From Candidatus Blackburnbacteria bacterium (GTDB lineage: Bacteria; Patescibacteriota; Microgenomatia; UBA8517; UBA10165): 64,000 nucleotides of DNA. Positions 10,589 to 19,115 of this stretch are shown piece by piece (the stretch's first letter is position 1; each line of letters starts with the position of its first letter). The translations under genes were made by a program, and so were the position numbers. Under the pieces are notes generated by a model. The model had not been told where the DNA came from. It did not search any database and saw nothing but the letters and a program-made list of their open reading frames with translations. The stretch spans positions 358,479 through 422,478 of the forward strand of contig JACPEJ010000001.1 in assembly GCA_016183565.1 (NCBI GenBank). The letters run 5' to 3'.

Positions 10589-12277
10589 ATGAGAATTTGT
10601 CTTCAACTATATATGAAACGTTTAATTTGGCTAATTATAATTCTTGCTGCAATACTGCGTTTTTATCGTTTGGATGTTTTGCCTGCGTTGAATGCTGATG
10701 AGGCAGCGATAGGATATAATAGTTATTCACTTATTAAAACAGGTAATGATGAGCATGGGAACTTATGGCCAGTTCATTTTCAGTCTTTTAATGACTATAA
10801 ACCGGGATTGTATTTTTACTTGGTTTTACCTTTTGTCGCGTTTTTTGGTTTGAATGAGTGGGCAGTAAGAATACCTGGGGCTTTTCTTGGGGTTTCTACG
10901 GTTTTTGTAGTTTGGCTTCTTGTGAAAGAGTTGTTTCCAGATAGAAAGTGGCTGCCAGAGTTATCAGCATTTTTTCTTACTATTTCTCCTTGGCATATTC
11001 ATTTTTCTCGAGGGGGATGGGAAGTGAATGTGGCGACATTTTTTATAACCGTGGGGGTTTGGGGATTTATTAAAGGGGTTAGAGATAACAGATGGTTTTG
11101 GCTTTCGAGTTTAGCTTTTGTTGCCTCACTGTATACTTATCATACTGCGAGGATTGTTGTTCCATTATTGATATTGGGTTTTTTGTTTATTTTTAAAAAA
11201 GCTCTTTTTTGGGATAGTAAGGATGCTGTTTTTAAATTCTTGAAAGTTGGTGTACCCAAGCATTTTTTCTTGAGTGTTGTGGTAGGGGTATTGTTTTTAG
11301 TGCCTTTAGTAAGAGGTCTTTTAGGACCGGCAGGTGTTTCTCGTGTTGCGGGTGTTGGGCTTTTTGCTGATACTGGTCCTTTTTGGCTAACAAATCAGCA
11401 ACGTGGGGAACATGAAGATTTTCAGGGTAAATTTGCTTTACTTTTACACAATAAACCAATCAACTATGGTATTGCTTTTTTGGAAAATTATGCTGGGCAT
11501 TTTTGGGGAGAATTTCTTTTCTTGTCAGGTGATGAAATTCAGCGAAACAAGGTTCCAGAAATTGGCCAAATGTACTTGTTTGATCTTTTGTTTTTGGCTC
11601 TGGGTTTAATAGTTATTGCAAGAAGTCCTAAAAACTGGGGAGTTGTAATCTTGTGGATTATGGTTGCTCCTGTTGCAGCGGCCCTTACGTTTCAGTCCCC
11701 CCATGCCTTAAGAGCTGAGAATATGGTAGTCCCTTTGACGATGATTAGTGCGTATGGTGGATATTGGTTATGGGGGAAGTGCAGACCCTCGGACAGAGGG
11801 AAGTTAGGCAGGTTAGGGAAGTTATGTGAGATACTGCTTGTAGTTTGGGTATTATGGGATTTTTCTCGATATTTACACCAGTATTATTTTCATATGGCGA
11901 AGACTTATGATTACTCTTCCCAGTATGGAATGAAGGAATTAGTACAATATATTACTCACAATAATAGCGAGAATAGGAGAGTGGTGGTAACTAATAGGTA
12001 TGATCAGCCGTATATTCTTTTCTTGTTCTATTTAAAATATCCGCCGGAGCAGTTTCAAAAGGAGCATGTTTTGACCCCAAGAGATAAATTTGGTTTTTCC
12101 ACAGTGGAGGGGTTTGGGAATTACACTTTTCGAGAGATTGGAAATTGGGATGAGATAAGGCGAGATTATCCGGGTGCTTTAATAGCTGGGACAGAGGACG
12201 AGATCCCGGGTGGAAATATACTTAGCACTATTACCTTTCCAAGTGGGAGAACGGTGTTTAAGATTGTAGCTAACTAG
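10589..12277 (+). CDS. PMT/ArnT-like GT-C membrane glycosyltransferase, tandem paralog 4
   Basis: Motifs 'LNADEAAIGYNSYSLIKTGNDEHGNLWPVHFQSFNDYKPGLYFY', 'IMVAPVAAALTFQSPHALR', and the C-terminal 'QYGMKELVQYI..RRVVVTNRYDQPYILFLFYLKYPPEQF'. Confidence 0.65.
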   Translation: MRICLQLYMKRLIWLIIILAAILRFYRLDVLPALNADEAAIGYNSYSLIKTGNDEHGNLWPVHFQSFNDYKPGLYFYLVLPFVAFFGLNEWAVRIPGAFLGVSTVFVVWLLVKELFPDRKWLPELSAFFLTISPWHIHFSRGGWEVNVATFFITVGVWGFIKGVRDNRWFWLSSLAFVASLYTYHTARIVVPLLILGFLFIFKKALFWDSKDAVFKFLKVGVPKHFFLSVVVGVLFLVPLVRGLLGPAGVSRVAGVGLFADTGPFWLTNQQRGEHEDFQGKFALLLHNKPINYGIAFLENYAGHFWGEFLFLSGDEIQRNKVPEIGQMYLFDLLFLALGLIVIARSPKNWGVVILWIMVAPVAAALTFQSPHALRAENMVVPLTMISAYGGYWLWGKCRPSDRGKLGRLGKLCEILLVVWVLWDFSRYLHQYYFHMAKTYDYSSQYGMKELVQYITHNNSENRRVVVTNRYDQPYILFLFYLKYPPEQFQKEHVLTPRDKFGFSTVEGFGNYTFREIGNWDEIRRDYPGALIAGTEDEIPGGNILSTITFPSGRTVFKIVAN

Positions 12278-12279
12278 AT

Positions 12280-13155
12280 ATGAAAAAAAGTCGAGCGAAG
12301 ATATCAGTAGTTTTAGCAACATTCAATGAAGAAAAAAACATAGGTGTTTGTCTTGAATCGATTCGACAACTGGCAGATGAGATAGTAGTGGTTGATGGTT
12401 CTTCAACTGATAGAACAAGAGAGATAGCTAAGTCATATGGCGCTCATGTTATAAAAGTAAAGAACTATCCTATTTTTCATATTAATAAACAGAGGGCGTT
12501 AGAGAGTGCAACTAGTGAGTGGATACTTCAGCTTGATGCTGATGAACGTGTGACAAAAGAACTGGCAGACGAAATATTGAAGGTAGTGAATATGAGTAAT
12601 GATGAGATAGAGGCTTATCAGAAACAGTTAGAGAATCGAGCACTATTTTTAAGACATCAGCAAATACTTACAGAGAGAGATGGTACTATTGGTGCAAAAG
12701 ACGGAGAATATGCAGCGTTTTTCCTTCCACGGTTGAATTATTTTCTTGGTGGTTACTTAAGACATGGAGGGACTTATCCTGATGGGGTGATTAGGTTGGT
12801 TAAGCGGGGGAAAGCACATTTTCCTGCGAAGAGTGTTCATGAGCAGATTGTTGTTGATGGTAAGGTTGGTTGGCTAGGGAACGATCTTTTACATTTGGAT
12901 TCCCCGAATTTTAAACGATATTTAGAGAGAAACAGTCGTTACGTAGACTTAATTAGAGATGAAATGAAGCAAGAAAAAGTAGGTAAGAACTTTCTTCAGT
13001 TTGTAAATTACTTTTTAGTTAAACCGTTTGGGTGGTTTTTTCTGACGCAGTTTAGACATAAGGGAATTTTGGATGGTTACCGGGGAGTTGTTTTCTCGTT
13101 TTTTTCTGCCCTGAGATTCCCTAGGGCATATTGGAGGTACATAAAGGAAAGTTAA
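12280..13155 (+). CDS. GT2-family (GT-A fold) glycosyltransferase
   Basis: 'ISVVLATFNEEKNIGVCLESI...EIVVVDGSSTDRTREIA...LQLDADE' is the classic GT2 signature with DxD. Confidence 0.7.
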   Translation: MKKSRAKISVVLATFNEEKNIGVCLESIRQLADEIVVVDGSSTDRTREIAKSYGAHVIKVKNYPIFHINKQRALESATSEWILQLDADERVTKELADEILKVVNMSNDEIEAYQKQLENRALFLRHQQILTERDGTIGAKDGEYAAFFLPRLNYFLGGYLRHGGTYPDGVIRLVKRGKAHFPAKSVHEQIVVDGKVGWLGNDLLHLDSPNFKRYLERNSRYVDLIRDEMKQEKVGKNFLQFVNYFLVKPFGWFFLTQFRHKGILDGYRGVVFSFFSALRFPRAYWRYIKES

Positions 13156-13171
13156 AAATGAAAAGTCAAAA

Positions 13172-14209
13172 ATGAAAGTTTTTATTGACGAACAAGTGTT
13201 AAATATCAGACACACGATTCGGGGTATTGGGGTGTATACTAGAAATCTTGTTGATGCTTTAAAAAAGCAGAAAGACATAGTTTTAGTTTCTGACGGGAGA
13301 GCGGCAGATATAATCCACTATCCATATTTTGACTTGTTTTTTAGTACTTTAAAAGTTCAGGGTGGGGAAAAGACTATAGTTACTATCTACGATACCATTC
13401 CGCTTATTTATCCGCAACATTATCCATCGGGAATTAAAGGAAAATTAAACTTTATTAGGCAAAAGAAAGCACTTCAGAAGATAGATGCTGTAGTTACAAT
13501 ATCGGAGACATCTAAGAAGGATATTGTACGATTTTTAGATGTACCGCAAGAAAAGATCTATACGGTTTATCTAGCACCTGGTGCAATTTTCAGGAAAGTG
13601 GAAGGTGGAAAGTGGAAAGTGGAAGTTGCAAAACGTTATGCTCTTCCAGAGCGTTTTGTCCTATATGTTGGTGATGTAAACTACAATAAAAATTTGAGTG
13701 GATTGGCCCAAGCATGTGTGCTGGCAAAGCTGCCTTTGGTTATTGTAGGTAAGCAAGCGGCCACTGCTGAATTTGATAAGCAACACCTGGAAAACAGACC
13801 GTTTGCCTCTTTCTTAGAGAAGTATGGAGGTAATTCGAATATTAGGCGTTTGGGTTTTGTGCCAGATGAGGATTTGGTGTTAATTTATAATTTGGCGACA
13901 GTGTATTGCCAACCATCTTTTTACGAAGGGTTTGGGCTTCCTGTTTTAGAGGCGATGGCTTGTGGTTGTCCTGTTGTTGCTTCTCGGACACAAGCGTTGG
14001 TAGAAATATGTGGTGACAGTGCGCTTTTTGCTGATCCGAAGGATCCTCGGGATATTGCTGTTAAGATTAAAACTGTGTCTGGAAACAGAAAATTGGCCAG
14101 TTCATTAGGTAGAAGTGGTATTGAGAAAGTAAAGCAGTTCTCATGGGAGAAACTTGCTTATGAAACAACTAAAGTATATACAACGATTCTTAAACAAAAT
14201 AGACACTAA
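13172..14209 (+). CDS. GT4-family (GT-B fold, group 1) glycosyltransferase
   Basis: Carries the C-terminal 'EGFGLPVLEAMACGCPVVASRT' E-x7-E-type GT4 motif. The N-terminal domain reads 'GIGVYTRNLVDAL'. Confidence 0.75.
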   Translation: MKVFIDEQVLNIRHTIRGIGVYTRNLVDALKKQKDIVLVSDGRAADIIHYPYFDLFFSTLKVQGGEKTIVTIYDTIPLIYPQHYPSGIKGKLNFIRQKKALQKIDAVVTISETSKKDIVRFLDVPQEKIYTVYLAPGAIFRKVEGGKWKVEVAKRYALPERFVLYVGDVNYNKNLSGLAQACVLAKLPLVIVGKQAATAEFDKQHLENRPFASFLEKYGGNSNIRRLGFVPDEDLVLIYNLATVYCQPSFYEGFGLPVLEAMACGCPVVASRTQALVEICGDSALFADPKDPRDIAVKIKTVSGNRKLASSLGRSGIEKVKQFSWEKLAYETTKVYTTILKQNRH

Positions 14210-15347
14210 ACAAATTTTACTACTCTTTTTGGTTTGGAGAGTTTGGACTTTTGTCTTTGCCTTACTTGGGATAATTTTAGTTCCTTTATATAGTCGGGAC
14301 TTTTTTGGGGGTGGATTAGACCACTACCTTGAAAATCCTGTGTTTTGGAGTTGGGCTAATTTTGATGGTGAGCATTATATTTCCTTAGTCCAACATGGTT
14401 ATCAGAAATTAACTCATTCCTTTTTCCCGTTTTATCCGTTGGTTGTGAGGATTGCTTCTACGGAAAGTATTTCTAATATAACTGCGGTTGGAGTTTTGAT
14501 TTCAAGCGTATCTTTGTTTGTGGGTATTTGTTTATTTTGGAGACTTGTATGTGTTGATTTTTCACCAAAGGTGGCTTTGTATTCGCTTGTTTCTCTTCTT
14601 GTTTTTCCAACGTCTTTCTTTTTTGGGGCTTTTTATACAGAGTCTTTGTTTTTCTTGCTTGTTGTTGGTTCTTTTTTCGCTGCCAGGAAGTCTAACTGGT
14701 TCTTGAGTGGGATCTTGGGTGCTCTAGCGAGTTCTACGCGAATAATTGGGATTTTTCTTTTGCCGGCTCTTATTGTTGAGTGGTTATTACAAGGTAGAGA
14801 CGAGTCTTTAAAAAAGTCTCTAGGTAAGAGAATATTGCAGTTTCTGTGTATCTTCCTTGTACCTTTGGGCTTGGGGATATATATGTTTTATTTGTATAGA
14901 ACTACGGGTAATTGGCTGAGTTTTTATACGGACCTTTCCCCTTTTGGGGAGCAACGCGGGGGTGGTACAATCGTATTTCTTCCTCAAGTGTTGTGGCGAT
15001 ATGTAAGGATGATTTTTACTGTTGATAAGACAAGTTTGTTCTATCTAACACTTCTGATGGAGTTTTTGACTGGTATCGGTGTATTGTTTCTGGGGGTGTG
15101 GGGGTGGATGAAAAACGTGCGTTTGTCGTACTTGGTTTTTATGGGGTTGGGTTATATACTTCCTACTTTGACGGGAAGTTTTAGTTCCCTTCCGAGATAT
15201 GTTTTGGTATTGTTTCCTTTGTTTATTATCATGGGCATGTTTTTGTCTAAACAGAGAATGTTTGTGCGTATGGCAATTCTTTCTCTGTTGACTGTTTTAT
15301 TGATAATTGAAACAATGCTCTTTGTGCGCGGTTATTGGGTAGGATAG
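14160..15347 (+). CDS. PIG-V/Gpi18-like (Mannosyl_trans2, GT76-type) GT-C membrane mannosyltransferase-like protein
   Basis: 'WANFDGEHYISLVQHGYQKLTHSFFPFYPLVVR' matches the W-D..H/Y-F..IA..GY...AFFPLYP hallmark of GPI mannosyltransferase 2-like proteins. About 10 TM helices. ATG 14160 is given as the start; the ORF track begins at an upstream TTG (14154). Either way it overlaps the end of the GT4 gene by about 50 nt. Confidence 0.5.
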   Translation: MKQLKYIQRFLNKIDTKQILLLFLVWRVWTFVFALLGIILVPLYSRDFFGGGLDHYLENPVFWSWANFDGEHYISLVQHGYQKLTHSFFPFYPLVVRIASTESISNITAVGVLISSVSLFVGICLFWRLVCVDFSPKVALYSLVSLLVFPTSFFFGAFYTESLFFLLVVGSFFAARKSNWFLSGILGALASSTRIIGIFLLPALIVEWLLQGRDESLKKSLGKRILQFLCIFLVPLGLGIYMFYLYRTTGNWLSFYTDLSPFGEQRGGGTIVFLPQVLWRYVRMIFTVDKTSLFYLTLLMEFLTGIGVLFLGVWGWMKNVRLSYLVFMGLGYILPTLTGSFSSLPRYVLVLFPLFIIMGMFLSKQRMFVRMAILSLLTVLLIIETMLFVRGYWVG

Positions 15348-15348
15348 T

Positions 15349-16611
15349 ATGAAATTTACAAAGATATTATTCCTGTATTTTTTGTCTTTGGCCGGAAGCT
15401 CGTTTTTTGCGGGAAGTATTATTATGGTGCTTGGTACAAATTTTCATAACCTTGGCCAGTTGGTCTACCACTTTCTGGCCGGCAGACTTTTAGGCAAAGT
15501 TTTCTATGGAGACCTGGCGGCCCTAATTTCTATTTTTGGTCTTCTTGCAATAATTCAACAAGCTTTTGGTTTAACAATTATTAAGTTTGTTGCATCAGCA
15601 AAAAGTCCCGAGGAAGCTAATAACTTTACCAAGTGGGTGTGGTTCTGGAGTATTTGGGTAGGTGTTATAGTTTTTGTCTTGCTTTTGTTTTCCTCACCAT
15701 TTATAGTCCAATTTTTAAACATTAGTCAACCGCAGGTAATTTATATATTTATTCCCGTCGTTCTTGTTGGCTTTATCTCAAATACTGGTAGAGCGCTTTT
15801 ACAAGGTTTTACTAGATTTACCCAGTTTGTTGTTAGTATGGTTGCAGAAGTAGGAGCAAAGATTGTTGCTATGGTACTTCTTGTATATCTCGGCTACTCA
15901 CTTTTTGGGGCAGTAGCAGCACTTCCTGTGGGAGCTGTGGTTGGATTTGTTATTGTCTGGTTGGGGTTGAGGAAAAACCTTAAAGGACCAAGAGCCAAGA
16001 TGCCCAATCTCTCCCCTCTTTTTGCATATTCATTTCCCGTGTTTATTCAAAGTATTGCTCTTACTTCAATGTATTCATCAGATATTTTGCTTGCTAAGCA
16101 CTTTTTTACCGCAGAGCAGGCAGGACTTTATGCTGCCTTGGCAAAACTTGGAACGATTGCATTCTTCAGCTCTTCTCCGATAACGAGTGTGATGTTTCCA
16201 ATAATTGCGAGAAATCATACGCATGGTCAGCCCTATCACAGAATTTTTTACCTTAGTGTCGCTTTAGTTACACTGATTTCATTAGCCGTAATAATCTCCT
16301 ATATATTCCTTTCTGGTTTTATTATCGGGATTCTTTTTGGCAAAGATTTTGTTGAAGGCGCCCCGATTTTATGGTGGTTTAGTCTTTATATGTTCCTATT
16401 GGGGGTCGGAATGCTTTTTGTTCATTTTTATTTGTCGATTGGTAAAACAAAAGTCGTTTGGTTGTTTGCCGCAGCAGCACTTACTCAAATAGTTCTGATT
16501 CTGGTGTTTCACGCCACCTTATTAAGTGTTATTCAAATGTCAATAATTGCAGCAGCTTTACTCGTTCTGGGTCTTCTTCTATACTTTCCTTACCACCACA
16601 GACAAAGATGA
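15349..16611 (+). CDS. Wzx-like polysaccharide / lipid-linked oligosaccharide flippase (MOP superfamily)
   Basis: 420 aa with 12-14 TM helices and the typical 'polysaccharide biosynthesis protein' topology. Short positively charged loops ('GLRKNLKGPRAKMPN') lie between two 6-TM halves. Overlapping boundaries on both sides. Confidence 0.55.
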   Translation: MKFTKILFLYFLSLAGSSFFAGSIIMVLGTNFHNLGQLVYHFLAGRLLGKVFYGDLAALISIFGLLAIIQQAFGLTIIKFVASAKSPEEANNFTKWVWFWSIWVGVIVFVLLLFSSPFIVQFLNISQPQVIYIFIPVVLVGFISNTGRALLQGFTRFTQFVVSMVAEVGAKIVAMVLLVYLGYSLFGAVAALPVGAVVGFVIVWLGLRKNLKGPRAKMPNLSPLFAYSFPVFIQSIALTSMYSSDILLAKHFFTAEQAGLYAALAKLGTIAFFSSSPITSVMFPIIARNHTHGQPYHRIFYLSVALVTLISLAVIISYIFLSGFIIGILFGKDFVEGAPILWWFSLYMFLLGVGMLFVHFYLSIGKTKVVWLFAAAALTQIVLILVFHATLLSVIQMSIIAAALLVLGLLLYFPYHHRQR

Positions 16612-17396
16612 AAAACGGGCTGTTATCTATTGTTGTACCGGCGTACAAGCAAGAGCAAACGATTAAAAGAGATCTTGAGAATATAGATCAAACGTTGCGT
16701 GAGGGACTAAAAGGCTATATTTATGAAATTATATGTGTTGTGGATGGTAGGGTTGATCGAACTTGGGAAGAGGCTAAGAAAGTGAAGTCTAGAAGAGTTA
16801 AGGTTGTTGGCTATGATGCAAATCGTGGCAAGGGTTACGCAGTTAGATATGGTATGGCAACATCCAGGGGTGATTGGGTTTCGTTTTTGGATGCTGGTAT
16901 GGAAATAAGCCCAACTGGAATTATGATGCTGATGGCGCATATGGAGTGGTATGGTGCCGATATTATAGTTGGGTCCAAACGCCACCCTGCTTCCCGAGTA
17001 AACTATCCTTTCCTTCGTTATATTCTAAGTATTGGCTATCATGGTTTATCGATGTTTTTTTTTGGTTTACCACTTAGGGATACACAAAGCGGAATAAAAA
17101 TTTTCAAAAGAGAAGTACTTAAAAAGATTCTTCCTCGACTTCTGGTTAAAAGGTATGCAATGGACATAGAAATGTTAGCAGTAGCCAAATATCTTGGATT
17201 TGATAGAATTTTTGAGGCTCCTATAGAAGTAAGATTTGATCAAAGAACGAGTAGGGTTTCCTGGCGCAGTATTTTTAACATGGCATGGGACACACTGGCA
17301 GTGTTTTATCGCCTAAAAATCTTGCATTATTATGATGATAAAAACAGGAAAAACTGGCTTGTTGATCATGAATATTCTTATTCTTTCTTGGCGTGA
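16608..17396 (+). CDS. GT2 polyprenyl-phosphate sugar synthase-like glycosyltransferase (DPM1-like)
   Basis: 'LSIVVPAYKQEQTI', 'CVVDGRVDRT', 'VSFLDAG', 'GSKRHPASRVN' and 'RDTQSGIKIFKREVL' are DPM1/GtrB hallmarks. The real ATG is at 16608, overlapping the flippase stop (ATGA); the upstream part of tracked ORF 16458 lies inside the flippase. Contains a T9 homopolymer at 17055-17063. Confidence 0.7.
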   Translation: MKNGLLSIVVPAYKQEQTIKRDLENIDQTLREGLKGYIYEIICVVDGRVDRTWEEAKKVKSRRVKVVGYDANRGKGYAVRYGMATSRGDWVSFLDAGMEISPTGIMMLMAHMEWYGADIIVGSKRHPASRVNYPFLRYILSIGYHGLSMFFFGLPLRDTQSGIKIFKREVLKKILPRLLVKRYAMDIEMLAVAKYLGFDRIFEAPIEVRFDQRTSRVSWRSIFNMAWDTLAVFYRLKILHYYDDKNRKNWLVDHEYSYSFLA

Positions 17397-18486
17397 CCCC
17401 AAACATCCATTAGCTGGTGGTGCAGAGCAAGTTATGCATGAACATGCAAAGGGGTGGGTGGAGGCTGGCCATAATGTTACCCTTTTTGCCTCTCACTTTA
17501 AGTATGCACCCCGCTGTCAGGTGTTGGACGGTGTAACCGTAATAAGATATGGTTTTCAATATCTTGGTGTCCATTTGGCAGCCTTTTTCTGGTACTTGTT
17601 TGGCAAACACGCGCATTTTGATTTGGTTGTTGATCAGTTCCATGGCATTCCTTTTTTTACGCCCTTTTATGCAAGAGTGCCTAAACTTGCGGTACTTCAA
17701 GAAGTGGCACGCGAAGTTTGGCTGATTAACCACTTACCGTGGCCATTTAGTTGGATTGTAGGATGGATGGGGTATCTTAGCGAACCGTTGGTCTTTATTT
17801 TTTATAAACATGCTCCGTTCATGGTGGGTTCTGAATCGGCAAAACAAGACCTAATTAAATTGGGAATTGGTGATAATAATATTACAGTTGTACCTCATGG
17901 TGTGTTGATAAGAAAACCTAAGCCAGTGCCTCAAAAAGAAAAAGTTAAATCAATTGTCTTTTTGGGTGCTTTGGCAAAAGATAAGGGTGTTGAAGACGCA
18001 ATAAAGGCATTTGGCTTACTCACTAAATTTGGTAAGTTTGAGTTTTGGATAATTGGTAGAGGTTCTGTAAGTTATATAGCTAAACTTAAAAAACTTGCAA
18101 GTTGTGTTGGAGTAGAGAAAAGTACTATCTTTTGGGGTTTTGTATCTGATAAGAAAAAGTTTGAATTACTTGCAAGAGCGCATGTTATGGTTAATCCGTC
18201 TGTTCGAGAAGGATGGGGACTTGTTAATATTGAGGCAAATGCAATGGGTACACCAGTTGTGGCTTATAGGTCTCCAGGTTTGGTTGACTCGGTGAAAGAT
18301 GGGGTTAGTGGTGTTTTATGTTACCACAATACTCCTGAAGCCCTAGCAGAAGCTATTTTTGCTTTACTAAAAGATGCTAGTTATTTGGCGAGCATAAGTA
18401 AAACTTCAGTTGCGTGGAGTAAACAGTTTACTTGGGTAGAATCGCGCGCAAGGAGTTTAAAACTGATTGAGAAAATAGCTACTTGA
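17368..18486 (+). CDS. GT4-family glycosyltransferase
   Basis: The 'EGWGLVNIEANAMGTPVVAYRSPGLVDSVKDGVSGVL' GT4 C-terminal motif. The likely start is M13 (ATG 17368) of tracked ORF 17332, which reduces the overlap with the upstream gene. Confidence 0.75.
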   Translation: MNILILSWRDPKHPLAGGAEQVMHEHAKGWVEAGHNVTLFASHFKYAPRCQVLDGVTVIRYGFQYLGVHLAAFFWYLFGKHAHFDLVVDQFHGIPFFTPFYARVPKLAVLQEVAREVWLINHLPWPFSWIVGWMGYLSEPLVFIFYKHAPFMVGSESAKQDLIKLGIGDNNITVVPHGVLIRKPKPVPQKEKVKSIVFLGALAKDKGVEDAIKAFGLLTKFGKFEFWIIGRGSVSYIAKLKKLASCVGVEKSTIFWGFVSDKKKFELLARAHVMVNPSVREGWGLVNIEANAMGTPVVAYRSPGLVDSVKDGVSGVLCYHNTPEALAEAIFALLKDASYLASISKTSVAWSKQFTWVESRARSLKLIEKIAT

Positions 18487-18528
18487 TTTTATATAAGTAA
18501 GAGTGTAACAATATGTTATGCTAGGTGT

Positions 18529-19098
18529 ATGAACAAGGTTTTTGCGGTCGCAACAATTGTTTTGGGATTGTCACTTATTCTAGTAGCACCAGTATATGCT
18601 GTACAGAGGAGGTTGCCTACCTCCGCACCGACTCCAACTCCCACCCCTACCCCCACTGTTGTTCCTGTCAATTCGTTTGAGTTGTTTTGGCCACTTGTTG
18701 CAGGCAAAACAGAAGGTGATTCTTTTTATTCTTTGAAGCTTATTAAAGAACAGGTTCAAGGTTGGTTTATTTTTGACGGTTCAAAAAAAGCAGATTATCA
18801 AGTTTTCTTGGGTACAAAGCGTGTACTAGAATCAGAGAAGCTTATTAAAGAAAGTAAAGCCAAAAATGCTGAGAAAACACTTGAACGAGCAAGTAGTAAC
18901 TTTTCTCGAGCGTATGATTTTGCCAAGACCGCAGGAGACAAAGGTAACTTTGATGCAGGCAAAGTTAGAAAGGATAGGCTGTTTAACGTAAAAACCTTGA
19001 TTGACTCACTGAAGGTGTTTGCCCCGAGTGATCTGAACATAGGTCTTGATGTGGTTAGGGGTAAAGCAGATAGACTTCTAAGCGACTATTTACCCTAG
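18529..19098 (+). CDS. small secreted protein with a signal peptide and Pro/Thr-rich linker, a putative O-glycosylation acceptor
   Basis: N-terminal 'MNKVFAVATIVLGLSLILVAPVYA' is signal-peptide-like. It is followed by 'PTSAPTPTPTPTPTVVP' and then a charged, helix-rich domain. Paralogous to the 62546 gene. Confidence 0.5.
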   Translation: MNKVFAVATIVLGLSLILVAPVYAVQRRLPTSAPTPTPTPTPTVVPVNSFELFWPLVAGKTEGDSFYSLKLIKEQVQGWFIFDGSKKADYQVFLGTKRVLESEKLIKESKAKNAEKTLERASSNFSRAYDFAKTAGDKGNFDAGKVRKDRLFNVKTLIDSLKVFAPSDLNIGLDVVRGKADRLLSDYLP

Positions 19099-19115
19099 GA
19101 CTATTAAGGGTGGAC

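Noticed and set aside
13600-13626. A tandem 'GTGGAAA' x3 micro-repeat.
   Set aside because: It is in-frame coding within the GT4 gene and encodes 'VEGGKWKVEV'. At three units it is too short and too isolated to call a VNTR or regulatory repeat.
18618-18657. A CCN/ACN-rich DNA repeat, 'ccgactccaactcccacccctacccccact'. I considered whether it was a microsatellite or a CRISPR-like repeat.
   Set aside because: It is an in-frame coding repeat for a Pro-Thr linker (PTPTPTPTPT). It has no spacer/repeat periodicity and occurs only once. It is kept as part of the acceptor-protein finding instead.
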